Positions 53,111 through 64,000 of a stretch of 64,000 nt of DNA are shown here, piece after piece. Source of the stretch: Chiloscyllium plagiosum. Lineage: Eukaryota. The stretch covers positions 18,988,895-19,052,894 of the forward strand of contig NC_057750.1 of the NCBI RefSeq assembly GCF_004010195.1, written 5' to 3'. The notes under the pieces were generated by a model. That model ran no database searches. It was not told the origin of the DNA and saw only the letters and a list, made by a program, of their open reading frames with translations. A program made the translations under genes and the position numbers. Numbering within the stretch: the stretch's first letter is position 1; the number at the start of each line of letters is the position of its first letter.

Positions 53111-53990
53111 TTAATGTCTATATGTTGTAGTGTACTAACAGTAAATTCATGGAATCATAGAATCCCTACAGTGTGGAAGCAGTAATTCTGCCCATCGACT
53201 CCTTACCAATCCTCTGAAGAGCATCCTACCCAATCCTACATTCCTACTGTATCCCCATAACACCATATTTCCCATGTCTAATCTACCTAGCCAGCACATC
53301 CCTGGATATTATGCGTAATTTAACATGGCCACTCCACCAAACCTGAACATCTTTGGACTACCGGGGCAAACAGGAGCACCCAGAAGAAGCCATCTTTGTA
53401 TATTGATATTTTGTTTTTTTCTTTTAAGGGAGGAAGTGTTACAAGATGTGCCTTTAAGAAAATTTTGTGCTGTCAAAAGTGTTCTAAACTCGGAGATGGG
53501 CTGTCTGCTCTGAGTCCAGCCAGCTTTGCCTTTTCTTTTAAGTTGGAACAATAGAAACAGCATGAAGGGTCAAGCTCCCACAGAACCAGGATTTTAGTTC
53601 GAGCTTTAAGTAGTTGCTGGGGTCTTGAAGCTTGGGTGGGAAGGTATTGTTCTTCTCTCTATTACAGATAAAAGCTGCGTTTCTCTTCCTACTGTTAGAT
53701 TTGCATGTGGAACAATCTATTTTTCTGAATTTGCCTTTGGTGTGTGTTTATGGGATATTATTATTTTGGAACACTTACTGTTTGTTGCTGAGATAACTGG
53801 ACAAAGGCAGGTATCCTGTCACCAAGTCACCCTTTATTTACTTGTGCACAGTACACTGGGTATGACCAGCCAGCTCAGAGTCAGTCTCCTGAAGTGAGGA
53901 GATTCTAAATCCCCTGGGTATTTTTTATCCAAGTGGCCAGTGCAGTGCATTCACCCAGTAATGTTTTTATAAACTCTAAATCTCCTGGGT

Positions 53991-56300
53991 TTTCTTTTTT
54001 TTTATTTTACTCCCCACACTACTGCCGAACTGCAGTAGTGTTTATGTTTTCCCCAGCACCCACGTTGTGTGTGTACAGGTGTGAGACTCAGTGAAAGACA
54101 ATAGGTGTACAAGTCTTTATTCAATTTCCACCACCAGGAAGAAAGGAAACAGCCAAGTGGCAAATGATAAGCAGTGCCTTTCTCAGAGATATCCCTGTTT
54201 ATTTTCTTTTCTTTTCTCTTTTTCTTTTTTTTCTTTCTGTTCCCTCAGAGCCAGCTCTCAGAGTGAACAGGATGTCTGACAATCTTGTTTTTTTGTTTCT
54301 TTCTCTCCCCACACTACCACCTAACTGCGATAGTGCTTATTTTCTCCCCGCACCCATATTATGTGTGTGCAGGTGTGAGACTCAGTGAAAAACACAAGGT
54401 GCATGAATCTTTATTCAGTTTCCAAGATCCCCTTTTTATTATTTTTAATTATGCAATTCACATAACTGAATTGAAAATCTCTTCCTTCTGATAACTGCCA
54501 GAAACTCAGACCAAAGTTTGAGTGTGAAATCACTCCACAGAGGCTGGTATCCCATCACCAAGTCACCCTTTATTTACAGGTGGAGAGTCCTTGACACTGA
54601 TCCAGCTTCCTCAGAGGCATCTCTCAGAGAAGACAGGATGTCTGACACTTCTGTGTTTTTTTTCTTTTTCAGAAGGCTAATAGCATGCTTGCCTTCATAA
54701 CAAGAGGGATTGAGTATAGAAGCAAAGAGGTTCTTCTGCAGCTGTACAGGGCCCTGGTGAGACCACACCTGGAGTACTGTGTGCAGTTCTGGTCTCCAAA
54801 TTTGAGGAAAGACATTCTGGCTATTGAGGGAGTGCAGCGTAGGTTCACGAGGTCAATTCCTGGAAGGGCAGGATTACCTTACACTGAAAGACTGGAGTGA
54901 CTGGGTTTGTATACCCTTGAGTTTAGAAGACTGAGAGGGGATCTGATTGAGACATATAAGATTATTAAAGGATTGGACACTCCGGAGGCAGGAAACATGT
55001 TTCCGCTGTTGGGTGAGTGCCGAACCAGAGGACACAGCTTAAAAATACAGGGTAGACGATTTGGGACAGAGATGAGGAGAAACTTTTTCACCCAGAGAGT
55101 GGTGGCTGCATGGAATGCTCTGCCCCAGAGGGCAGCAGAGACCCATTCTCTGGATTCATTTAAGAAAGAGTTGGATAGAGCTCTCAAGGATTGTGGAATC
55201 AAGGGTTATGGAGATAAGGCAGGAGCAGGATACTGATTAAGGATGATCAGCCATGATCATATTGAATGGTGGTGCAGGCTTGATAGGCAGAATAGCCTAC
55301 TCCTGCATCTATTGTCTATTCCTGTGTTTTTTTTCCATACCCCACACTACTGCCTAATTGTGGTAGTGATTATTTTTTCCCCTGCACCCATGTGTGTGTG
55401 TGCAGGTGTGAGACACAGTGGAAAACACAAGGTGCACGAATCTTTATTCAATTTCCACGATCCCTGTTTAAATAAAGGAAAATAATAATAAAAAAATAAA
55501 CAGGGATTGTGGAAATTGAATAAAGATTCGTGCACCTTGTGTTTTTCACTGTGTCTCACACCTGCACAGACATACAAATTGGGTGCAGGGGAAAAAATAA
55601 AAAAAAAGAATAAATAAATAAATAAAGGAAAATAATAATAAAAAAATATTTATTTTTTTTTTTAAACCCCCACAACACTATTCCCTACCTGCGGTAGTGC
55701 TTATTCTTCCCCCTGCACCCAACTTGTGTGCGTGTGCAGGTGTGAGACACAGTGAAAAATACAAGGTGCACGAATCTTTATTCAATTTCCACAATCCCTG
55801 TTTATTTTTTTATTATTATTTTCCTTTATTTAAACAGGGATCGTGGAAATTGAATAAAGATTCGTGCACCTTGTGTTTTCCACTGTGTCTCACACCTGCA
55901 CACGCACACAAATTGGGTGCAGGGGGAAAAATAAGCACTACCGCAGGTAGGGAATAGTGTTGTGGGGGTTTATAAAAAAAGAATAAATATTTTTTTATTA
56001 TTATTTTCCTTTATTTATTTATTTATTCTTTTTTTTTTATTTTTTCCCCTGCACCCAATTTGTATGTCTGTGCAGGTGTGAGACACAGTGAAAAACACAA
56101 GGTGCACGAATCTTTATTCAATTTCCACGATCCTCTTTTTAAAATTTTTTTCCTTTTCCTTTTTTCTTTTTTCTTTTTTTAAACCCCCACAACACTACTG
56201 CCCACCTGCTGTAGTGCTTATTTTTTCCCCGCACCCATGTTGTGTGTGTGCATTTGTGAGACACAAGATGTATGAATCTTTATACAATTTCCATGATCCC
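53991..56300. repeat. Eight copies (some partial, two inverted) of an about 130-190 bp poly(A)-tailed element
   Basis: cacactac...gtagtgcttattttt...gcaggtgtgagacacagtgaaaaacacaaggtgcacgaatctttattcaatttccac at about 54015, 54310, 55340, 55500(inv), 55670, 55835(inv), 56045, 56185. Confidence 0.9.
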
Positions 56301-56404
56301 CTGTTTATATTGTCAGCCAGGGCTTTCCTGATTGGTTCAGGTTGACAACCCCAGTCAAGGATCTTATAGTCAACAAGATCCACCTGGTTCTAATCATTCC
56401 AGCA
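54523..56404 (-). mobile_element. Inner LTR (minus strand) split just downstream of its TATA box
   Basis: Minus strand reads ccaatcagg...gctgacaatataaacagg (56298-56340), resuming as gtgtcagacatcctg...aataaagggtgacttggtga (54523-54655). Confidence 0.7.
54671..55320 (+). mobile_element. Young CR1 3' fragment with target-site duplication
   Basis: MLAFITRGIEYRSKEVLLQLYRALVRPHLEYCVQFWSP; flanked by ctgtgttttttt (about 54651 and 55322). Confidence 0.9.
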
Positions 56405-56583
56405 GTTAAATAATCTATTATTGTTTTGTTTGTATTTAACTATAGTGTAAAAGTGAGTAGTTGGATCAATCAAATTGCATCCAGAATGCATGTCTTACAT
56501 TTGCCTTTAAATGTAAGAAAATGCTGGAGTCTTGGTTATCATCTTAATATATTTTGAGGGGTTTGATCTGGTCCATAACTAAC

Positions 56584-56602
56584 TGGGGGCTCTTGTCGGG
56601 AT
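56584..56602 (+). other. tRNA-Pro-type primer binding site, followed by a gag-like start at about 56723
   Basis: tgggggctcttgtcgggat vs canonical TGGGGGCTCGTCCGGGAT. Confidence 0.65.
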
Positions 56603-57154
56603 CCAAATCTCTTATTCCATGTTCAGGATTATTAGCATCAAAGAGAGTGAGTGATATGTGTTGGTGTTCTCTTTTCATATCTTGCATTCTCTTGGTTTAA
56701 ATAGGCTGTGCCTTGTATAGTAATGGCGCTTTCAGTCACTAAAGGTTTTCTGGGGGGCGGAACAAGTCACTTCGGGGGTTTGACAGAGAGCGAGCAAAGC
56801 AAAATGTTTGAAATTAGCGGAGAAGCTGAAGTTAGGGTTGCCTTTGTGTGAAAAAGGGAGGTAAGTGCAGCAATAGCTTGATATGTACGATTGCCAGAAA
56901 TGCCACCTGAATCTTTGGAAATTCTGAAAATTCAATTGCAATTTACGATTCTGTAAGTTTTCCAATAGAGGCGTGTTTCCAATTCTTTTCGTGTTCTTTG
57001 TTGTGTTTGTATTATAACTATGGTGTAAAAATAAAGTGTGCATTGCTTCAAACCTGGTAGTTTGTCCAATTGAATTGTTATGGACTGGACCAAATTCCAT
57101 CAGAATCTACAAGAAGATAGCCTAGAGCCTAAGTTTTTCTTATTTTAAAGGTAA

Positions 57155-57912
57155 GTGTAAGATGTTCCAGATGAAATTAAATTGACCAAACTACTCCACA
57201 TTAAGCAAAACATACTTTCTTCACACACTATGGGTAAAATACAACAAAAGAAAAAGTAAAGAAAATAATTGACTTAACTGTAACAATATCAAAATGCTTA
57301 ATAAATTGCTGCAGTACTAATTAACTGTTCCAATATAATACATGCCTCAATCACACCCTTGGCAAAGGCAAATTCAGAAAAACAGTTTGTTTCACATGCA
57401 CAAACGAAAACAGAAATTGCTGGGAAAGCTTAAAAGTTGGCATTTCAACTCAAGTGTAATCCTTCATGGATTCCAACTCAAATTTCATCTTTTGTGCTTT
57501 GAATCCACCCAGGATCATCAATGAGCTTTCCCAGCAATTTCCATTTTTGTTTTTGATTTACAGCATCTGCAGTTCTTTCAGTTTTTATTTAGCATTTGTC
57601 TCACATGCAACTCCAGCAGCAAGAAAACATGGAGAGAAAACTCTGAGAGAGTGTAGCAGGGTGAGATGTACTACAGGTTCCAAATCCCAGCAACAACTGC
57701 TGCTATTGAAAATCTAAAAAAATAATAAAAATCCTGGTTCTGTGGGAGCCAGCCAAACCCATTCAGGCTGCTTTTATTATTTCAACTTTAAAAACAAACC
57801 ACAAGGCCCTATTTTACAAGCTTCATTAAACAGCTAGGCACTTTTGCCTTAAAACCTCTCTTCAAAAAAAGCCAAGTCAAAATACATCCCTTAAAGACAT
57901 AGTATCATCACA
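57155..57912 (-). mobile_element. Probable solo LTR with an embedded Penelope-type inverted repeat (57400-57590)
   Basis: tgtaag...catcaca termini; aaaacagaaattgctgggaaagct / agctttcccagcaattt arms. Confidence 0.5.
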
Positions 57913-58029
57913 GAATTACATCCAGAACACAATGCCTTACACTTTCCTTTAAAAAATAAGAAAAAGCTGGTGCCTAGGCTGTCTTCTTAATTTATTTTGA
58001 GGAGATTTGGTCTGGTTCACAATACATGA

Positions 58030-58500
58030 CTTGACTATTTTTATAATCTACCAATGAAAACAAGCATGTCATATGCCTTCTTGACCACCTTAACTACTAT
58101 GTTACCACTTTCAGCAAACTGTGGACCTGTTTGCGTGATCCCTCTGCAGTTGATGTTACGTAGTGTTCTGCCATTTACTGTATAGTTCCCTCCTGTATTA
58201 CATCTTTCAAAATTCTTACATTTGTCCAGATTAAACTTCTTCTGCCATTTCTCCTCCCAAGTCTCCATATCCTTTTGTATCGTCTAGCAACCCTCCTCAC
58301 TGTCCGCAATTTCCCCAATCTTTGTATCATCCACAAATGTACTCATCTGGCTACCTACAATCTCCTCCACATCATTGATATATATTACGAACAATAATGG
58401 TCCCAGCAATGATCTCTGCAGAACACCACATTTTTTTAGATTAGATTAGATTACTTACAGTATGGAAACAGGCCCTTCGGCCCAACAAGTCCACACCGAC
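58030..58500 (-). mobile_element. CR1 fragment + SINE 3' end
   Basis: W.EKWQ..FNLDKCK...KKAYDMLVFIGR; ttagattaga...ggaaacaggcccttcggccc. Confidence 0.75.
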
Positions 58501-60024
58501 CGTCCGACACGTGTCACAGATACCACTCAGAACAGTATGCCACTCAATAGATATCTACCTAAAGACCATCACCCCTTCCATCCATGCCATCTTTGAACGG
58601 CCTCAGAAATCCATGTCGGTTCAACTGAGTAAGTATTACTTGTCATTCCCAATGCAATTCTAACCACTGGCCACAATGTCTTCTTCCTCTTCTGTATTGC
58701 AGGTACAACCAGACTCTTTGTGATGCCTGCAGAGAAGTGCCAGACTTCCCCAGATACCATGTCCTTGACCTCTGAGAATAAGGGTACTGAGGCCTCAAAG
58801 GAAGCATTGGCAAAGCCACCTTTCTTTTTAAAATTCATTCACAGGAAGAGGGCTTCACTGATGGGGACAGCATTTATTTTCCATTCCCAATTGTTCAGAG
58901 GGCAGTTAAGAGTCAATGACATTTCTGTGGGTCTGGAGCCCAATGTAGGCCAGACCAAGTGTGGATGAAAGTTTCCACCTGTGAAGGGCATTAGTGAACC
59001 AGATGGATTTTTTCAGAAAATGGATTCATGGTCGTCATTAAACACTTAATTCCAGATTTTTAAAATTCAAATTCCACCATCTGCCATGGCTGGATTCAAA
59101 CACCAGTCCCTAAAACATTACCTGCCAATTGTCAGAAAAACCCAACTGGTTCACTCGTCCTTTAGGGAAAGAAACTGCCATCTTTACTTGGTCTGACATG
59201 TGTTGCCAGGCTAGGCAATTAGGGATGGTAACAAAAGCTGGCCTAGCCAGTGACGCCCTCACTCCTTGAATGAATTAAAAAAGAGGAAGGAGACAGGGCA
59301 GTGCCAGGAGGCACCCAGCGATGGAGTTAACTACATCCAGGTCCCTTTCCACACTGGACAATGGTGGTCGAGCCCTCTATGTCCACCTCCACCCTGCTTG
59401 CTCCCTTCTGACCTTGGCGATCCACACAGAAGAGGGTCTACTCAATTCTAAGAAGATCTTTGGCATGTCCGGCCCATCAAACTGCTTCCGGGGTCTCCCT
59501 ACAAAACGTCCAGGGTCAACAGGCTCAACTACTGAGCAGGCTCCCTCCATCCCAGCTGTAGAACCTGGAAATGCATAGCAACACAGTGGGAAGCATAAGG
59601 GAAAGAAAACCTACTGAGTGCATTTTGGCTGACAATAGCATTTAAGTGACTCACAGGTTCTGCATTATTTCATTTGAAAGATTTACCTGGTTTCTTTGCG
59701 TAGATCCAAAGTTCATTGTTACACCATCAGGCATCACGAAATGGCCCGGAGGGAGACTCAATAGACAGGGGTCTGTGTTGACAGTCTACTGCACCATCTG
59801 AAAGCAGGGGGGGATAATGTGTCTATATGTCACTGGGTCATGGCAACACCCTTGGCCCGCCTTGTGCAACACGCCTACTGTTCAACTCTCACTGTTTACA
59901 ACAATGTAGCAATCAATCAGTTGTTTTGCATTGATTTATTTAGTTGATTTAAGCATTATTGTCATGTCTACTCGACTACAGAAGTAGAGCGTAGAAGTGT
60001 ACATTGACTCATGGCACCATCTTA

Positions 60025-60360
60025 TCATAGAATCCCTACAGTGTGGAAATAGGCCCTTCTGCCCAACAGGTCCACACCAACCCTCAGAAGAGTAACTCAC
60101 CCATTCCCTTACCCTATTGTTCTACATTTACCCCTGACTAATGCACATAACCTACACATCTCTGAATACTATGGGCAATTTTAGTATGACCAATTCACCT
60201 AACCTGCACATCTTTGGAATGTGGGATGAAACCGGAGCACCCGGAGGAAACCCAAAGAAAGTGCAAACTCCACACAGACGGTAACCCAAGGCTGGAATTG
60301 AACCCGTAACCCTGGCGCTGTGAGGCAGTAGTGCTAACCACTGAGCCACCATACCGCCCA
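60025..60360 (-). mobile_element. V-SINE (HE1-like)
   Basis: Same family motifs. Confidence 0.85.
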
Positions 60361-61087
60361 AAGGTACAAAGGTGTCTAGGTACGAAACATAAGTCCAAGT
60401 AGTAAGGTAAAACATATTCTCCTTCCTAATATGAAGGGGAAAAATAAGGAATAAAGACTTTTATAAGTACACTCCCTGCAAGGGTTCAGTCTCCTGGCTC
60501 ACTCTCCGGGAAAGACTGGAGTTCCTGTTCTCGACGCTGCAGATACTGGGGCACTGACACTTCAGCCTCACTCTAACCACTTTGGGCTTAGGGCAACAGC
60601 TGCTCGCCCCACCCCTCCCGACCAGACATCCAGCCAGCATTGCTCAAGACCCAAGGTGGTTGCTGTGCTGACCCTGATACATTATTGCATGCTCTCCAGA
60701 ATTCCAGAAGACAAGTAAGAAAAGATGAGGAGAGAGAAGAGAAAAAGAAGAATGCAGCTGGCCTGGAGAGGTTGGGCCTTCAGAGACAGTGTCGCCATGT
60801 TGAATAACTTCCTTGCTCTCCCTTCTGCACTGCTGGGTCCCATTCTCTCCTGGTGGTACTGGGCCCTCTCTCTCTCTCTCTCCCTTCTGTGCTGCCGGGT
60901 CCCATTCTCCCCTCTGTCCTGCTGGGCCCTCTCTCTCTCTCTCTCTCCTCCACCCCATCACCCTCCCTCTGTGCTGCTGGCCTGCTCTCTCTCCCCTCTG
61001 TGCTGCTGGGCTCTCTCGCTCTGTCTGTCTGTCTAACTCTCTCTCTCTCTCTTTCTCTTTCTCTTCCCTCTGTGCTGCTTGCCTGCT

Positions 61088-61450
61088 NNNNNNNNNNNNN
61101 NNNNNNNNNNNNNNNNNNNNNNNNNNNNNNNNNNNNNNNNNNNNNNNNNNNNNNNNNNNNNNNNNNNNNNNNNNNNNNNNNNNNNNNNNNNNNNNNNNNN
61201 NNNNNNNNNNNNNNNNNNNNNNNNNNNNNNNNNNNNNNNNNNNNNNNNNNNNNNNNNNNNNNNNNNNNNNNNNNNNNNNNNNNNNNNNNNNNNNNNNNNN
61301 NNNNNNNNNNNNNNNNNNNNNNNNNNNNNNNNNNNNNNNNNNNNNNNNNNNNNNNNNNNNNNNNNNNNNNNNNNNNNNNNNNNNNNNNNNNNNNNNNNNN
61401 NNNNNNNNNNNNNNNNNNNNNNNNNNNNNNNNNNNNNNNNNNNNNNNNNN
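61088..61450. other. Assembly gap (N) inside a minisatellite
   Basis: Run of n. Confidence 1.
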
Positions 61451-62142
61451 CTCTCTCCCCTCTGTGCTGCTGGGCCCTCTCTCTCTCTCTCTCTCTCCCT
61501 CTCTCCCCTCTGTGCTGCTGGGCCCTCTCTTTCTCCCTCTCTCCCCTCTGTGTTGCTGGGCCCTCTCTCTCTCTCTCTTCCCACCTCTGTACTGCTGGGC
61601 CCCCTCGCTCTCTCTCTCGTTCCCCTCTGTGCTGCTGGCCTGCTCTCTCCTGCTGCTATCACCTTGAAAAGAAAAAAGAAAAAAAACAAAAGAACAATAG
61701 AAACAAAGAGAGCTGACAGAGGTGGATGTTCCCCGGATCAGGAGCTCGAATGCCGGGTTGCTACTCCGTGGCTGCCATCTTACTGTCTCGTTGTGTGGTG
61801 TAATTTGAGTGAAATTTGGTGATGCAGGTGACAATGGTGTGTAAATGGCTCACAGGTTCTTTATATTTGTCTGGTTCCTCTGAGTCGACCAAAATTTCAT
61901 TGTACACCATCTGGCATCACTAGATGGACAGAAAGGAAACTTAAGAGAAGTAGGTCTGCATTGACAGTCCCACTGTGTCAGCTGAAAGCAGGGTGAGTAA
62001 CTGGCCTATATCAGGGAGCTGTAACACTCAGAAAGGCTCAAAGGGGCAGCCTGTGTACCTATATTCTGAACATCACATGATCTAAGACCAAAGTTCTTTC
62101 CTTTAAAAAACCTGTACCTTGTTTGTCCATGCATTCTCTCAC

Positions 62143-62443
62143 AGAATCTCTGCAGTGTTGAAACAGGCTCTTCGGCTCAACAATTCCACACTATCACTTC
62201 CGAAGAATATCCCCTATTCCATTCCCCTACATTTACCCCTCACCTATATATCCCTAAACACTATGGGCAATTCACCCTGACCTGCACCACTTTGGATTGT
62301 GGGAGGAAATCGGAGCACCAGAAGGAAACCCATGCAGACACAGGGAGAATGTGCAAACAGCACACAGACAGTTGCCTGAGGCTGGAATCAAGCCCGTGTT
62401 TCTGGCACACTGGGACGCAGCAGTGCTAATCACTGAGCCACCA
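62143..62443 (-). mobile_element. V-SINE (HE1-like)
   Basis: Same family motifs. Confidence 0.8.
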
Positions 62444-62669
62444 TCCTGCTCACAGATCAGGTCACTGCCCACTCTAAGTATGCTAGCAGCCACTTCCATC
62501 CCCATTGCACACTTTCAATCTCCAATATGGTGGAAGCCAACAGTGAGTGTATCTCTGACAGTGACTTCCAGCTACCACATTAACATCCAGGCATCTGCAT
62601 TCCCTTCCGAGTAACCTACCCCATTAATCCCACAGGCTTTGTACCAGCACAAGTCCCCATTCAAGGCTA

Positions 62670-63695
62670 ATGAAAGATGTGTAGCTTGAGTGCCTGTTGT
62701 CCTGGTTCTGGGTATGTTCGTTGAGCTGGGAAGTTGATTTGCAGAGATTTCGTCCCTTGTCTAAGTAACATCTTAAGTGCTTTGAAGTGCTGCTGTATTG
62801 CATCTTCTGTAATTTATTTGGCTCCATTCCTGCTGCTTCCAGTTGCTGGTCCCAGATGTTCATTGTACTGACCGATATATTGGGTCCAGGGCAATATGCT
62901 TGTTGATCGAGTCTTTGGCTGAGTGCCATGCTTCTAGAAATTCTCTGGTTGACTTCTGTTTGGCTTGTTTTGTGATCGTTGCTGATGTTCCAGTCAAATT
63001 TGTGATCCCTGTCGTGTGTGTGTGTGTGGCTAATAGAGAGAGCTGGTTGTGGCATTTAGTGGCTAGTTGGTGGTTGTGGATGCAGATTGTTAGTTGTCGA
63101 CCTGTTTGCCCTATGTAGTGTTTCATGCAGTGTTTGCATGGAATCTTGTAAATTACATTTGTCTTGCATATGGTGGGTAGAGGGTCCTTTGTCCTGGTGA
63201 GTTGTTGTCTGAGCATGGCTGTCGGTTTATGGGCTGTCATGAATCTAATGGTTGGAGAAGTCTGGCTGTCAGTTCCGAGATGTATTTTTTATGTAAGGTA
63301 GCGTGGTTAGGGAGTTAGGTCATGGTATGTCCTTGTCACGTTGTTTGCCAGTTGGTATCTGTGGATGAAGTTGTGGGGATATCCGTTCTTGGTGAAGACT
63401 CTGTGGGGGTGTTCTCCTCTTGCCTTCATAGGCCTGGAGTGCTGCAGTGCCTTGTCGCCCTTCTGAACAGGATCCTAATGCAGCTTCCCTTGTGTGCGTT
63501 TGGGTGGTTGCTGTTGTAGTTCAGAGTCTGGTCTGTGTGCGTGGCTTTTCTGTACTTTGTGGTACATTCACTGTTTTGTTCTTTCTACATCACATCCAGG
63601 AATGAGAGCTGGATTTTCATAAATCTGACACTTGTTAGCATGGTGCTCATAATCTGGTGTGTGTGCTCAATTTCCGTCCTCTTAATAATGACAAG
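62670..63695 (-). mobile_element. Penelope-like element (RT C-terminus + GIY-YIG)
   Basis: NVIYKIPCKHCMKHYIGQTGRQL...REFLEAWHS. Confidence 0.9.
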
Positions 63696-64000
63696 TCCCC
63701 ATCGAACTCGTTTACATTTGCCTACATCTGTTTGCCATCTCCATGCAGCCCCTAGCTTATGAGGTGACCATGCCTGGTGTGGTGGGCCTGCACAGCACCC
63801 ATCATTGAGGCCAAGGTGTTCCTAACTGTGGGCAACACCCCCTTCCCCTTCCCCACTATATCCGTGTCTGGCATTCCTAACCACATCTGCCTTCCACAAA
63901 TCCAGTTCCCAGGGCTGAAGGCTAACCTTCCAATACTGGGTCCCATGCCCCCTGTCCTTCGTGGAGAAATTTATCAAGAAAAACACCTTTGACCACAAGT

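Larger units (their letters stand above)
53437..56580 (+). mobile_element. Gypsy LTR (53437-about 53782 + about 56405-56580) interrupted by a nest of insertions
   Basis: Preceded by purine tract aagggaggaag and starts TG; followed by a PBS. Confidence 0.65.
59930..61790 (-). mobile_element. Composite VNTR retroposon (minus strand) containing a V-SINE (60025-60360) and a gap
   Basis: Head aagatggcagcc (about 61770-61781), VNTR cccagcagcacagaggggagaga..., tail catgacaataatgcttaaatcaac. Confidence 0.6.

Noticed and set aside
58560..59580. Exon-like segments with splice-like signals upstream of C1s
   Set aside because: No recognisable protein motif or consistent multi-exon frame; probably decayed transposon sequence.
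60644..61834. Long ORFs of 218-396 aa
   Set aside because: N gap plus low-complexity VNTR.
40200..64000. A second host gene such as C1r or MASP upstream
   Set aside because: No CUB, EGF, CCP or protease exons recognised; the region is dominated by repeats.

Overview
Vertebrate genomic DNA from a cartilaginous fish (V-SINE/HE1-like SINEs, CR1, Penelope and Deu-type SINEs; probably a shark), with two assembly gaps. The only host gene I can support is a minus-strand complement C1s-like gene, with 11 coding exons read by hand between about 39940 and 2159. It encodes signal peptide-CUB1-EGF-CUB2-CCP1-CCP2-serine protease, and all splice sites are GT-AG and phase-compatible. Exons 1-10 are intact. 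The single-exon protease domain lacks roughly 90 codons (including the catalytic Asp) and is frameshifted at about 2386-2396. As assembled, the gene encodes a protease-dead protein of about 530 aa, unless this is a recent pseudogene or an assembly error. The rest is transposon-derived: CR1, Rex1/Babar and Tx1-like LINEs, Penelope elements with hammerhead-like terminal hairpins, V-SINEs, solo LTRs and a Gmr1-type (integrase before RT) Gypsy element. Unusual repeat features are (i) a short poly(A)-tailed element stacked repeatedly at one site just downstream of an LTR TATA box, forming a palindrome of about 630 bp, and (ii) VNTR-containing composite retroposons with a Rex1-like tail. Repeat boundaries are approximate; exon boundaries are exact to my reading.
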